NCBI GenBank assembly: GCA_965208125.1 | Contig: OZ242320.1 | Span: forward strand, 512,001-576,000 | Direction: 5' to 3' | DNA: 64,000 bases | DNA from: Candidatus Latescibacterota bacterium | GTDB taxonomy: Bacteria; Latescibacterota; UBA2968 | Shown: piece after piece, positions 19,842 to 30,306 of the stretch | How the letters are laid out: each line of letters starts with the position of its first letter | How positions within the stretch are numbered: the stretch's first letter is position 1 | Notes under the pieces: model-generated | The model's input: only the letters and a program-made list of their open reading frames with translations | Database searches by the model: none | Told to the model about the DNA's origin: nothing | Position numbers and translations under genes: made by a program

Positions 19842-20879
19842 GTGAAAGCAGCACAAATCGTCGCACCCAGACGCATTGTGGTCGTCGAAACAGACGAACC
19901 ACAACTCCTGGGCGCCGGGCAAGTAAAAATTCAACTCGAAAGGGCGTGTCTTTGCGGTTCAGACGTGCCATTATGGGATTACGATCACAACGAACTGGCA
20001 GAAAGGGCGCGGCTCAATCCGCGCAAAGCAAAACGCGCACCATTTGTCGATTACGTCAACGGAGACCCGTATCCCCTGCGCGTCGGCCTCTCAATTCACG
20101 AATGCCTGGGCACAGTCGTTGAATCGACATCTGACCAATTTCAAACCGGCGATTTTGTCCTTGCATTACCCGACGCACAAAGAGGACTATGCGAATATAT
20201 CTGCGCCCCCGATAGCCGAACCATTCCCCTGCCAAAAGGCGCAGTACCCGACGAGCAAATTCTGATGACCCAACCCCTGGGCACAGTCGTATGGGCGTGT
20301 CAAAAACTCGGCAACATCGTCAATAGCGATGTGGTAATTGTCGGACAAGGCCCTATGGGATTGATGTTCACGCGCATGCTGGCCAATCTGGGTGCGCGAA
20401 GAGTAATTGGACTCGACAAATTGGACTACCGCTTACACACCGCAAAAAAAATGCACGCAACCCATACCGTCAACGTCGATCAAGACGATCCCGTGGAAGC
20501 CATCCGCGAGATCACAAACGGCAAAATGGCGGACCTGGTAGTCGAAGCAGTCGGTCATCAGACAAAAACGCTCAATTCGTGCATGAAACTCGTGCGCCAT
20601 ATGGGCACACTGCTGTGCTTTGGCGTACCCGACGATGCGTATTACCCATTTGCATATCCCGAATTTTTCAGATTAAATCTCAACCTGATCTCCACAGTCG
20701 GTCCCAATGTGGTGCCCAACTTTTCTCTTGCCCGAGATCTGATCGCACAAGGACGTGTTGACATGGCACCTCTGGTAACGCATGTGTTGCCCTTTGAAGA
20801 TATTCAGTACGGGTATGAGTTATTTACCGATCGCCGCGATGGGGCCATTAAAGTGGTTATCGATTACAATTCGCTGTGA
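19842..20879 (+). CDS. Zn-dependent medium-chain dehydrogenase
   Basis: CLCGSD, IHE, GQGPMG; structural-Zn cysteine lobe absent. Confidence 0.88.
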   Translation: MKAAQIVAPRRIVVVETDEPQLLGAGQVKIQLERACLCGSDVPLWDYDHNELAERARLNPRKAKRAPFVDYVNGDPYPLRVGLSIHECLGTVVESTSDQFQTGDFVLALPDAQRGLCEYICAPDSRTIPLPKGAVPDEQILMTQPLGTVVWACQKLGNIVNSDVVIVGQGPMGLMFTRMLANLGARRVIGLDKLDYRLHTAKKMHATHTVNVDQDDPVEAIREITNGKMADLVVEAVGHQTKTLNSCMKLVRHMGTLLCFGVPDDAYYPFAYPEFFRLNLNLISTVGPNVVPNFSLARDLIAQGRVDMAPLVTHVLPFEDIQYGYELFTDRRDGAIKVVIDYNSL

Positions 20880-20928
20880 ACCTGACCAGCGGAACAACTT
20901 TGACAAACACAAAAGGGGGTTTTTACTT

Positions 20929-22515
20929 GTGGCAGCAATGTTTGAATACGGCGCAGTAGTTGGACAACCCGAATCCGATTCTGCCGCTGTAAGCATATTG
21001 AGAAAGGGTGGTAATGCCGTCGATGCCGCTGTTACAGCAGCATTTCTCGCCTGTGTTCTATCACCTAAATCGTGCGGAATTGGAGGTTATGGCGGCGCGA
21101 TGACCGCCTATATTGGCGACGAAGTCGTCTGTGTTGACTTTAATACAGTCGCACCCAAAGAGGCCCATGACAGGATGTTTCGCGTAACGCGTTCCGATGG
21201 GCGATTTGGTTCTGCTGTCAGCGGTTATGCGAATTCAATCGGTTATAAGGCCATCTCAGTTCCCGGTGTACTGGCAGGTCTTGGACTGGCCCTGGAAAAA
21301 TTCGGCAAAATGCCACTATCCGAAGTACTCGCACCTGCTATTCGCGCCTGTGAACGCGGGTTTCGGGTATCTGCAAATTACGCTACGGGCGTTGCTCGAA
21401 GCGAAGCGCGCATTCGCGAGTTTCCAGAAACAACCCGCTTATTGATGATCAGTGGCGAAGTGCCCAAAGGCGGAGACCGTGCACAAAACCCCTATTTGGG
21501 CAGAATGCTCAGTCAGGTTGCAGAAAAAGGCGTGCGTGAATTTTATGAGGGACGCATCGCAGAGCGCATTGTCAAACATATTCAGGATAACGGTGGCATT
21601 TTAACCCGAGATGATCTGGCAAATTACGAAGCCCAGGTCGTTAACCCTGTACAAACGGCTTGTATGGAATACGATGTGTACAGCTCGCCCCTTTGTAGTG
21701 CCGGATTGAGCCTGGCGCAAATGTGTGCCATTGCCGACGAAGCCGAATTAGATCTCTACGAGCGGGACTCCGCCCGGTTGGCCCATGGCATGGTCGAAAT
21801 TATTCGCGCAGCCTGGATGGACCGATACCGGCATTTTGGCGATCCAAAGCAAATGCCGGTAGATACAGACATGCTGATGTCGGATATCAATATCGGTGCA
21901 AATGCCAAAGAAATTGCCACTTATATTGCCGAAGGAAAACGCGGACAATCGCTACTACGACCGTTTTACACGGGTGGTACGACGCATATTTGCACAATAG
22001 ACGCGCAAAGCAATATGGTCGCCCTGACCCTCACACACGGACCGGGCTATGGCTCTCTTGTAACAATTCCCCGCATGGGCTTGTTGATGAATGCGGGCAT
22101 GTCGCGGTTTGACCCCGGTTCGGGCTTAAAAAACTCAATTGCCCCCGGCAAATCACCGATCATGAACATGACCCCAACCATTGTATTGCAAGATGGCGAA
22201 CCCGTCCTGACTGTGGGTGCGTCCGGCGGTACGCGTATCCCCTCGTCTGTCTTTCAGGTTTTAGCGCGAAGGCTGGTACTCGACGAAGATCCCGAATGGT
22301 CAATCGCAGCCCCTCGGGTGCACTCAGAGGGCAATGAATGGGTAAGCATAGAAGAAGAATTCGGCGAGGCCGCACCAGATTATCTGAGTTCAGTCGGATA
22401 TAAAATTAACAAAAAGGGCGCGGCTGCCGCCAGTGTCCGAATGATTGAGATCGTTGAAGAGGGATTGCTGGCCATGTACGATCCGCGCATGAAGGCGCGA
22501 GAAAAAGGGTATTAA
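20929..22515 (+). CDS. Gamma-glutamyltransferase family Ntn hydrolase (cytoplasmic)
   Basis: GGNAVDAAV, GIGGYGG, VPG, nucleophile TTH, GGTRI; start re-assigned to GTG 20929 (or ATG 20938). Confidence 0.85.
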   Translation: MAAMFEYGAVVGQPESDSAAVSILRKGGNAVDAAVTAAFLACVLSPKSCGIGGYGGAMTAYIGDEVVCVDFNTVAPKEAHDRMFRVTRSDGRFGSAVSGYANSIGYKAISVPGVLAGLGLALEKFGKMPLSEVLAPAIRACERGFRVSANYATGVARSEARIREFPETTRLLMISGEVPKGGDRAQNPYLGRMLSQVAEKGVREFYEGRIAERIVKHIQDNGGILTRDDLANYEAQVVNPVQTACMEYDVYSSPLCSAGLSLAQMCAIADEAELDLYERDSARLAHGMVEIIRAAWMDRYRHFGDPKQMPVDTDMLMSDINIGANAKEIATYIAEGKRGQSLLRPFYTGGTTHICTIDAQSNMVALTLTHGPGYGSLVTIPRMGLLMNAGMSRFDPGSGLKNSIAPGKSPIMNMTPTIVLQDGEPVLTVGASGGTRIPSSVFQVLARRLVLDEDPEWSIAAPRVHSEGNEWVSIEEEFGEAAPDYLSSVGYKINKKGAAAASVRMIEIVEEGLLAMYDPRMKAREKGY

Positions 22516-22517
22516 AT

Positions 22518-22546
22518 GTAGGTGGCGGTTTGAAACCGCCACCTAC
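22518..22546. repeat. GTAG-type REP-like perfect palindrome
   Basis: GTAGGTGGCGGTTT-G-AAACCGCCACCTAC, just after a stop codon. Confidence 0.7.
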
Positions 22547-22596
22547 CCTCACGTCTTACTTCTTACGTCTCACCTTTTTAGCTGGAGATAAATCAC

Positions 22597-23715
22597 ATGG
22601 AAAGATATCCTTTTGGCAGCGGGCGTCCCGATCCGTCATCGTTTCCCAAGCGGGAATTGGCCGAAGCCGCCATGCGTATCTTGCCCGAGATGGGCAATGA
22701 ACTGGCACTTTATCCCGGCACATTGGGATATCAACCGATGCGACAGGTCCTGGCTGACCGCTTGTTGCGACGCGAAGGGATCGCCCCTCCCGTAGAAGAA
22801 ATCGCATTGACCAATGGCTCAATGCAGCCCGTGACCTTAATGGCGCAGATGTTTATCGATCAACCCGGCGACGGCGTCATCATGGAGGAATTTTGCTATT
22901 CCGGCACAATTGGCGCATATAACAAAGAAGGCGCAGAATTGGTGGGCATTCCCGTAGATGAGCACGGCATGCGCATGGACGCGCTGTCCGACGAATTAAA
23001 AAAACGGGGCGCCAATGGAAAACTGCCCAAATTCATTTATGTACTCGCAACATTTCAAAATCCCACAGGTGCGATTATGCCCCTCGAACGGCGAAAAGAA
23101 CTGTTGCAAATAGCCGCACAGTACGAGATCCCCGTCGTCGAAGACCACTGTTATGCAGACACGGTGTACGAAGACGATTATTACGTACCTTCCCTCTATA
23201 CCCTCCCAGCAGAAGTGCCCGTAGTACATATTGAATCCCTCTCCAAAATTTTGGGTCCAGGTGTGCGCCTGGGGTGCTTTTTTACCAAACAACCCCTCCT
23301 CGGCAAAATTTTACAAATTCGTCGAGATGGCGGCACGAGTTCGCTCGCCGCAGCCATTGTGTACGAATACTTCCGCGAGCACCTGTGGACCCATGTCAAT
23401 AACATCAACGCAATCGTAAAAGAAAAGCGCGACTTGATGTTTGAAATGCTGGGACAATCTCCCGACGCTTTTGAATGGTTCAGCCGTCCCAAAGGCGGAT
23501 TATTTATCTGGGTCAAATTGCCCGATGCCACCGATGTGATCGAATGCGAACAAATCGCCGAATCCCGCGGAATCGACTACGCCACCGGCAAGGCATTTCA
23601 CGTACACCACGACGACGTCCCCTACCTGCGCCTCGCATTTGGCTACGCATCACTCGCACAAATCCGAGAAGGCATACCCAAGCTGGCAGAATGCGTCATG
23701 GCAACGCAGAAGTAA
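22597..23715 (+). CDS. PLP-dependent aminotransferase class I (LysN/ARO8-like)
   Basis: FQNPTG, EDHCY, SLSKILGPGVRLG, LRLAF. Confidence 0.9.
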   Translation: MERYPFGSGRPDPSSFPKRELAEAAMRILPEMGNELALYPGTLGYQPMRQVLADRLLRREGIAPPVEEIALTNGSMQPVTLMAQMFIDQPGDGVIMEEFCYSGTIGAYNKEGAELVGIPVDEHGMRMDALSDELKKRGANGKLPKFIYVLATFQNPTGAIMPLERRKELLQIAAQYEIPVVEDHCYADTVYEDDYYVPSLYTLPAEVPVVHIESLSKILGPGVRLGCFFTKQPLLGKILQIRRDGGTSSLAAAIVYEYFREHLWTHVNNINAIVKEKRDLMFEMLGQSPDAFEWFSRPKGGLFIWVKLPDATDVIECEQIAESRGIDYATGKAFHVHHDDVPYLRLAFGYASLAQIREGIPKLAECVMATQK

Positions 23716-23731
23716 AAAACAGGAGTTCTAT

Positions 23732-24523
23732 GTGAGCGCACCACCAATCCCAGAGCGTCCACCCATCCCGGGTGTCAGACACATCGTCGCAATTGCCAGT
23801 GGCAAAGGCGGTGTGGGCAAAACGACAACCGCGTCAAATCTGGCTGTGGCAATGGCACAGTCGGGACACGCGGTGGGATTGATGGATGCGGATATTTACG
23901 GACCCAATGTACCGATCATGATGGGCAGCAAAGCGCAGCCCCAGATGACACCGGAACAAAAAATTGAACCCCTTGAGCTGTACGGTGTAAAAATGGTATC
24001 TCTGGGATTAATCGCAGGCGATGGTGTGCCCATTATCTGGCGCGGACCAATGCTGGCCAAAATGGTGACCCAATTCGTGCGCGACGTGGCCTGGGCACCG
24101 CTCGATTGTCTGGTCATCGACTTGCCCCCGGGCACCGGCGATGTGCAACTGACCCTGACCCAATCGACCCCTTTGGATGGCGCTGTCATCGTAACGACAC
24201 CACCTCTGGTCGCCCTGGAAGATGTGCGGCGCGGCGTCGAAATGTTTCACACCGTTGAAGTACCCGTACTCGGTGTAATTGAAAACATGAGCACTTATAT
24301 ATGCAGCAAGTGCGGCACAGAAACACCGATCTTTGGTCAGGGAGGTGGCGAACGCACAGCAAAAGCCTATCGCGTGCCGTTTTTGGGCGCGATACCCCTG
24401 CATCTGCAGGTACAAATGGGAAGTGACACAGGAGAGCCGATTGTAGCCTCTGATCCCGACTCGCCTCTGGCAAAGATATACCGCGGCATCGCCGATAGCA
24501 TCTGGCAATCGCTGGAGATGTGA
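23732..24523 (+). CDS. mrp: Mrp/ApbC/NBP35 Fe-S cluster carrier ATPase
   Basis: SGKGGVGKT, DADIYGP, WRGPM, DLPPGTGD, ENMS..CxxC; SD AGGAG before GTG 23732. Confidence 0.92.
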   Translation: MSAPPIPERPPIPGVRHIVAIASGKGGVGKTTTASNLAVAMAQSGHAVGLMDADIYGPNVPIMMGSKAQPQMTPEQKIEPLELYGVKMVSLGLIAGDGVPIIWRGPMLAKMVTQFVRDVAWAPLDCLVIDLPPGTGDVQLTLTQSTPLDGAVIVTTPPLVALEDVRRGVEMFHTVEVPVLGVIENMSTYICSKCGTETPIFGQGGGERTAKAYRVPFLGAIPLHLQVQMGSDTGEPIVASDPDSPLAKIYRGIADSIWQSLEM

Positions 24524-24589
24524 AAACTGCATCCACAATCGCGTATCGCAAAAAGGCGATCATTATGCGGGTGTTTTTTAATTTCTCTC

Positions 24590-24618
24590 TTGAAAACTAT
24601 ACATTCGTTCAGTATATT
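24590..24618 (+). promoter_or_regulatory. sigma70 promoter of the RND operon
   Basis: TTGAAA-17bp-TATATT. Confidence 0.55.
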
Positions 24619-24702
24619 TAATAATGTTTTCCGAAACCAGTCTTCCCACTGGTGCGTCAAAGGTCTTGTAGAATTCAGGCATATTCCAACCTGTGAGGAT
24701 AA

Positions 24703-25953
24703 ATGATGTTGCAGCGTATATCGGTTATACTCGGAATTCTAATTCTTCTCTGGGCGTTTTCGGGGTGCAGTGAAGAAGCCACTGCTGACAAGGCATCTTC
24801 TGATAGCACGGCAAAGACCAGTTCTGCCAAAGCTGATTCTGCCAAAACTGATTCTGCCAAAGTTGCCGCAAGGAAGCAGCGCACCAAACAACCGAATCCA
24901 AAGGCCAAAAAGCAACCAAATCCCAGGCGCCAAAATCAAAAACCGAGAGTCGCCGAAGGGGTACCCGTAAAAGTATCTGTCGTGGGAACGGGCAAAATCT
25001 CCCAGCACGTGCTCTATAGCTCCGCAGTAGAAGCCGAAGAAACCATCGATATTTACGCGCGAGGCTCCGGATTGGTGCGGCGCGTACTGGTCGAAGAAGG
25101 AGAGCGTGTGCGCGAGGGCCAGGTGCTGATCGAACTGGTTGACGACGAATTAAAGCTCAACGAAGCCGAGGCAAAATTGGCGTATCAGAAGCTGGAAAGT
25201 CAGCTCAAACGAAAAGAAGAGTTATTTAACCGACAACTCCTGGCAAAAGAAGAATACGAAGACCTCAAAATCAATGTTGAACAGAGCAAAATTCGGTGGG
25301 AACGCGCCCGATTATCCCTCGATTACGCGCGCGTGCGTGCGCCGGTAAGCGGAGTCATATCAAGACGCTCGGTCAAGCTGGGCGACCGCATTGGTGCCAG
25401 CACAAAGCTCTACGAAATGGTCAACTTGAGTCGCTTGATCGCGTATGTACACGTGCCGGGACAGGGCATGCACAATTTGGCGGTTGGACAGCCTGCACTC
25501 ATAACAACAGATTTCTTACCCGGTACAAAATTTGAAGGAAAAATATTGCGTATCAGTCCAGTGGTCGATCCCAATACAGGTACATTTAAAGTAACTCTGG
25601 AACTGAAATCAAAGAATCGGCTGCTGCGACCAGGCATGTTTGTCAATGCACACATCGTCACAGCGACCCACCCCCATGCTGTCCTCGTACCCAAGCGAGC
25701 TGTGGTGTACGACGACGGCATGCCGCATGTATTTGTCGTATCGGACAGCACAGTCAATAAAGTGCGCTTTGAAATGGGTTTTGACGACACCGAATTTGTC
25801 GAGGCGCTCGCGGGCGTAAAAAAAGGCGATCAGATAGTCGTGGTGGGACAAAACGGTTTGAAGGATAAAGCCAAAGTGCGAATCATCGAAGGTGAAGGTT
25901 TGCGCATTCCCGCGAAGCCCGACTCAACTGAGGAACAAGCAGAGAAGACGTGA
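24703..25953 (+). CDS. RND efflux periplasmic adaptor (lipoprotein)
   Basis: Lipobox FSGC, VEEGERV, RAPVSG, LRPGMF; DSAK repeats. Confidence 0.92.
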   Translation: MMLQRISVILGILILLWAFSGCSEEATADKASSDSTAKTSSAKADSAKTDSAKVAARKQRTKQPNPKAKKQPNPRRQNQKPRVAEGVPVKVSVVGTGKISQHVLYSSAVEAEETIDIYARGSGLVRRVLVEEGERVREGQVLIELVDDELKLNEAEAKLAYQKLESQLKRKEELFNRQLLAKEEYEDLKINVEQSKIRWERARLSLDYARVRAPVSGVISRRSVKLGDRIGASTKLYEMVNLSRLIAYVHVPGQGMHNLAVGQPALITTDFLPGTKFEGKILRISPVVDPNTGTFKVTLELKSKNRLLRPGMFVNAHIVTATHPHAVLVPKRAVVYDDGMPHVFVVSDSTVNKVRFEMGFDDTEFVEALAGVKKGDQIVVVGQNGLKDKAKVRIIEGEGLRIPAKPDSTEEQAEKT

Positions 25954-25990
25954 TGAGGTATCTTGTGTTTACCCGTCGTGATGTGAAAAT

Positions 25991-26035
25991 AGCGAATCGC
26001 AGACTTAATATGTGGGCGGTTCGCTGATTTTTTTT
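25991..26035 (+). terminator. Intra-operon hairpin with T-tract
   Basis: AGCGAATCGC...GCGGTTCGCT followed by T8. Confidence 0.45.
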
Positions 26036-26049
26036 ATGCGGAGCGATAC

Positions 26050-29000
26050 ATGCAGAACAATGTGGAATCGGAAGCTCGGGACAATGTAAAACGGAACTTT
26101 TCTCACACATTTGAGATTACGACCCGGCGGCCCGTAGCGATTTTTATGGTGGTCCTGGCCGTTGCCGTATTTGGCTATGTGTCTTATCAGCAACTGCCGC
26201 TAAATATGATGCCCGACATTTCATATCCAACGCTAACAGTGCGTACCGAATATCCCGATACCGCGCCCGAGGAAGTTGAAAATTTGATCTCAAGGCCAAT
26301 TGAACAGCGCCTGGGGGTCGTGAGCAACCTCGTAAGCATTACATCGATTTCCAGACCTGGCCTGTCCGATGTGATTTTGGAATTTGGCTGGGATACCGAT
26401 ATGAATGACGCCGTGCAAACAGTGCGCGAAAACCTCGACCGTCTCAATTTGCCGCGCGGTGTCAATCGCCCGTTGATCTTGCGCTACGACCCCACGCAAG
26501 ATCCGATAATGCGCGTGGGGATTTACGGCAACGAGAATATGTATGCGCTGCGCTATATTGCCGAAGAAGAAATCAAGCAAGAACTGGAGGCACTCAAAGG
26601 CGTAGCCGCAGCGCGTGTGAAAGGCGGACTCGAAGAAGAGATTCGGGTTGAAATCAGCGAACGGCAATTGGCGCTGATGGGCCTCAATATCAACACCATC
26701 AACCGGCGGTTACAAGAGGAAAATGTCAACCTGGCTGGCGGCAGCTTGTTGGATGGACAGACACAGTACCTCGTGCGTACGCTAAATGAATTTCGCACCA
26801 TTGACGAAATTGCCAATCTGGTAGTAGGCGACCGCAACAATATTGAAATTCGGGTAAAGGATGTGGGGCGGGTTTATCGCACGCACAAAGAGCGGGAGAT
26901 CATCACGCGGGTCAATGGTGTAGAAAGTGTAGAAATCGAAATTTTTAAGGAAGCCGACGCCAATATCGTGGCGACAGCACAGCGCGTGCGCGACCGCCTG
27001 TTTGGTACACCCGAACAATTGGAATACATAGAAAAACTCAAAGCGGGTGAAATTGAAGAAGCCAAAGCCAATGACCGGCGGGAACAGGTGCGACAATTTG
27101 TACAGCTAAAAGAGATGACGAGTTTTATCGCCTTTACATTGCCCGAAGGCGTGGCTATGGAACTGCTGTCCGATCAATCCACATTTATTGAATCATCGGT
27201 CAATGAGGTCAAGCAAACCGCGCTGATAGGCGGGTTATTGGCGATACTGGTCCTGTACATATTCCTTCGCAATCCATCTCACACGGCTATTGTGGGACTC
27301 GCCATCCCAATTTCAATTGTGGCGACATTTGCCCCTATGAACATTTTTGGCGTATCCCTGAATATCATGTCTCTGGGCGGGTTGGCACTCGGTATTGGAA
27401 TGCTGGTTGACAATGCCATTGTCGTATTGGAAAGCATTTTTCGATGTCGCGAAGAAGGCGACGATATGATTTCAGCCACCATCCGGGGGACCGGAGAAGT
27501 CGGCGGGGCGGTTTTTGCATCCACGCTGACAACTGTGGCGGTATTTTTTCCCATTGTATTTGTCGAAGGCGTGGCCGGACAGATTTTTGGCGATATGGCA
27601 CTAACCGTTGTGTTTTCACTCCTGGCGTCTCTGGGCGTCGCACTATTTTTCATTCCCATGCTGGCTTCTCGGCAAGTGCATTTGTCACGCGGTGATAGCG
27701 AAGAACAGGGCGGGCGTCTGATGCAGTCTGAAGTATTGCAGTTGCGTTCGGTCACGTGGTTCCTCGAGGGCATGGGCCTGAAAAAAAGAGGCGAAAACGC
27801 ACTTAAATATCACGCCATGAATTCTCGCACGCTGTTGATGCGCGTACCAACCGGCTTTGCCTACTTGTTAGGCGAATACGTCATTCGCACATTGTGGCTT
27901 GCAAGTGTAATCGCTATCGTAGCACTCAAAGCCGTATTTACCGTATTGGCGGTTCTTCTATACCCCATTATCTATCCCGGATGGGGATTTTATTGTTGGC
28001 TCGGTTCTGGACCATTATGGCGTCGGGAAATAAATCGCCTGTGGAGATCTTTGTGCGCCTGGACTGAGGAGCGCGACCTGTTTGGCAAAGCATGGGTGCG
28101 GATAATATGGGACGATTTGCTGGCATTTGTGACACCTCAAAATTTGGGACGCGACCTGAGTGTGCAAACGAAATGGACAGGCAGGACATTGAAGCGTCTG
28201 TTCGGCTGGGTTTGGAAACGCGCGGTCTGGAAGCGCGTCCTGGCAATCGCGCCCGTGCTCCTGGCCGCGATAGGTCTTTTGTTGCTATTTGTTCTCGGCG
28301 CAGTTTATTTTCTTCTTCGATTCCTGATCTTTACCACACTCATCCTGGTCGGCAAAATATTGATTTTAACGCTCATGTTTGTGTTTTTAACCGGATTGGT
28401 TGCATTGCTGGTGGTCGCTCTTGTCTTGTTGCCCCTCCTCGCGCCAGTGCTATTTTTGTTTGAGCGCGGTTTTGCAGCCATTCGACGCGCTTACACGCCT
28501 TTTATCCGCTGGGCTTTGCACAACAGACTGAGCATTATAGCGGGTGCTGTGGTACCTTTTGCAATATGCTGGATGGTCTTGTTGCCCCGATTGGGCAATG
28601 AATTGATCCCGCAGGTACATCAGGGCGAATTTAATGTGGATATTGGTTTACCCGTGGGCACGCCGCTTGAAATGACCGACGAAACCCTGAAACTCATCGA
28701 ATCGCGGGTGATGGATGCATATGATGTGGGCGCGGTTTCTTCGACAATCGGTGTGGATAAAACCGACATCGCATCGTCTGATCAAGGCGAGCACACCGGG
28801 GTTGTTTCTGTAGTACTGGAGGATATCGAAACAGAAGGACGAGAAAATGTACTGGCGAGTTGGGGACAGGACCTGCTGACATTGCCCATACGTATTTGGG
28901 GCGGCATTAGAGGGGAAAGCGTTTTGGCACAGCGCGAAGACGCATTGATGACTGATTTGCGAAACAGGCTCTCGGATTTGCCGCAGGTAAAAGCCGATTT

Positions 29001-30090
29001 TTCACGCCCCGCACTATTTAGTTTTAAGACGCCTATAGAGGTGGAAATCCGCGGTTATGATTTGCCAACACTGACCCAATTGGGGCGTGAAGCCGAGCGG
29101 GTGATGAGCGAAATTCCCGGACTTTACGACGTGAAATCGAGCCTTCAGCGCGGTAACCCTGAAGTGCAAATCGTCTATAAGCGCGACTTATTGGCCAAAT
29201 ACAACTTAAATGTGCGTCAGGTCGCCTCGCTGGTGCGCGAAAAAGTACAGGGCAATGTGGTAACGCGATTTCGGGAAGCCGACCGGCGTATTGATGTGCT
29301 GGTACGCGTAGATGAAGCCGACCGCGCCGGAGTAACTGAGTTGCGTCGGCTGGTGGTGAACCCGGGGCGACAGCAAGTGCCCATTCGCCTATCTGCGGTG
29401 GCCGACATCGAAGTACACGAAGGGCCCAGTGAAATTCGGCGTATAGATCAACAGCGCGCGGTTCTGATTTCAGCCAATGTGAGCGGTATAGACCTGGGAA
29501 CGATGACCGCTATGATTCAGCAAGCATTGGAAACAATGGAAGTTCCCCAGGATGTATCAATGGTCATTGGCGGGCAAAACAAGGAAATGGAGACATCTTT
29601 GAACAGTTTGACCTTTGCATTGGGTCTCGCAATTTTTCTCGTGTACATCGTAATGGCCTCGCAATTTGAATCATTTCTCCATCCATTCGTAATTATGTTT
29701 AGCATTCCCCTGGCACTGATTGGCGTAATTGTCATTTTGTTCCTCACCGGTATATCCCTTTCCGTAGTGGTCTTTTTGGGCGTTATCATGCTGGCGGGCA
29801 TTGTCGTAAACAATGCCATCGTACTCGTAGATTATATCAACCACCTGCGGCGCAGTGGAATGTCTAAATTGGAAGCAATTGTCCAGGCTGGCGAAGTGCG
29901 GTTGCGCCCCATCTTGATGACCACATCGACAACTGTGCTGGGATTATTGCCCATGGCACTCGGCCTGGGCGATGGCGCAGAAATCCGCACGCCAATGGCG
30001 ATCACCGTCGTGGCCGGACTAATCAGTTCCACACTTTTGACACTGGTAATTATACCAACCGTATATTCTCTAATGGATCGCAGCCAGTAG
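26050..30090 (+). CDS. RND efflux transporter permease (AcrB/SwrC-like), extended
   Basis: GMLVDNAIVVLE, GIVVNNAIVLVD, RLRPILMT; 1346 aa. Confidence 0.92.
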   Translation: MQNNVESEARDNVKRNFSHTFEITTRRPVAIFMVVLAVAVFGYVSYQQLPLNMMPDISYPTLTVRTEYPDTAPEEVENLISRPIEQRLGVVSNLVSITSISRPGLSDVILEFGWDTDMNDAVQTVRENLDRLNLPRGVNRPLILRYDPTQDPIMRVGIYGNENMYALRYIAEEEIKQELEALKGVAAARVKGGLEEEIRVEISERQLALMGLNINTINRRLQEENVNLAGGSLLDGQTQYLVRTLNEFRTIDEIANLVVGDRNNIEIRVKDVGRVYRTHKEREIITRVNGVESVEIEIFKEADANIVATAQRVRDRLFGTPEQLEYIEKLKAGEIEEAKANDRREQVRQFVQLKEMTSFIAFTLPEGVAMELLSDQSTFIESSVNEVKQTALIGGLLAILVLYIFLRNPSHTAIVGLAIPISIVATFAPMNIFGVSLNIMSLGGLALGIGMLVDNAIVVLESIFRCREEGDDMISATIRGTGEVGGAVFASTLTTVAVFFPIVFVEGVAGQIFGDMALTVVFSLLASLGVALFFIPMLASRQVHLSRGDSEEQGGRLMQSEVLQLRSVTWFLEGMGLKKRGENALKYHAMNSRTLLMRVPTGFAYLLGEYVIRTLWLASVIAIVALKAVFTVLAVLLYPIIYPGWGFYCWLGSGPLWRREINRLWRSLCAWTEERDLFGKAWVRIIWDDLLAFVTPQNLGRDLSVQTKWTGRTLKRLFGWVWKRAVWKRVLAIAPVLLAAIGLLLLFVLGAVYFLLRFLIFTTLILVGKILILTLMFVFLTGLVALLVVALVLLPLLAPVLFLFERGFAAIRRAYTPFIRWALHNRLSIIAGAVVPFAICWMVLLPRLGNELIPQVHQGEFNVDIGLPVGTPLEMTDETLKLIESRVMDAYDVGAVSSTIGVDKTDIASSDQGEHTGVVSVVLEDIETEGRENVLASWGQDLLTLPIRIWGGIRGESVLAQREDALMTDLRNRLSDLPQVKADFSRPALFSFKTPIEVEIRGYDLPTLTQLGREAERVMSEIPGLYDVKSSLQRGNPEVQIVYKRDLLAKYNLNVRQVASLVREKVQGNVVTRFREADRRIDVLVRVDEADRAGVTELRRLVVNPGRQQVPIRLSAVADIEVHEGPSEIRRIDQQRAVLISANVSGIDLGTMTAMIQQALETMEVPQDVSMVIGGQNKEMETSLNSLTFALGLAIFLVYIVMASQFESFLHPFVIMFSIPLALIGVIVILFLTGISLSVVVFLGVIMLAGIVVNNAIVLVDYINHLRRSGMSKLEAIVQAGEVRLRPILMTTSTTVLGLLPMALGLGDGAEIRTPMAITVVAGLISSTLLTLVIIPTVYSLMDRSQ

Positions 30091-30111
30091 GGACAGACGC
30101 CTGTGCCCACC
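30087..30111. repeat. Degenerate GTAG REP-like hairpin
   Basis: GTAGGGACAG-ACGC-CTGTGCCCACC overlapping the stop codon. Confidence 0.4.
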
Positions 30112-30306
30112 CGCAGTTATCAGTCCCCATCCCTGCTGTACTCCCCGATTTTTTTCCAATTGACTTTTGGCAACTTTCCATTTTCTTAAACACTTGAAAT
30201 TTTTTTGTGGTAAGGCAAGCAAAAACTCGGTAACTTTTTGGGCGTTTTTTCGTCTAACCCTTGTAACAACGATAGTCACCTCATTTGTAGCAATATGGAG
30301 ATTTGA

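Noticed and set aside
20782-20928. N-terminal extensions in the ORF track (GGT, Mrp 23639, GNAT 38258, NUDIX 50428, FAD enzyme 57473)
   Set aside because: They overlap upstream genes; homology and SD position support later starts
24821-24865. 15-bp tandem repeat (DSAK) in the RND adaptor
   Set aside because: Ordinary low-complexity lipoprotein linker
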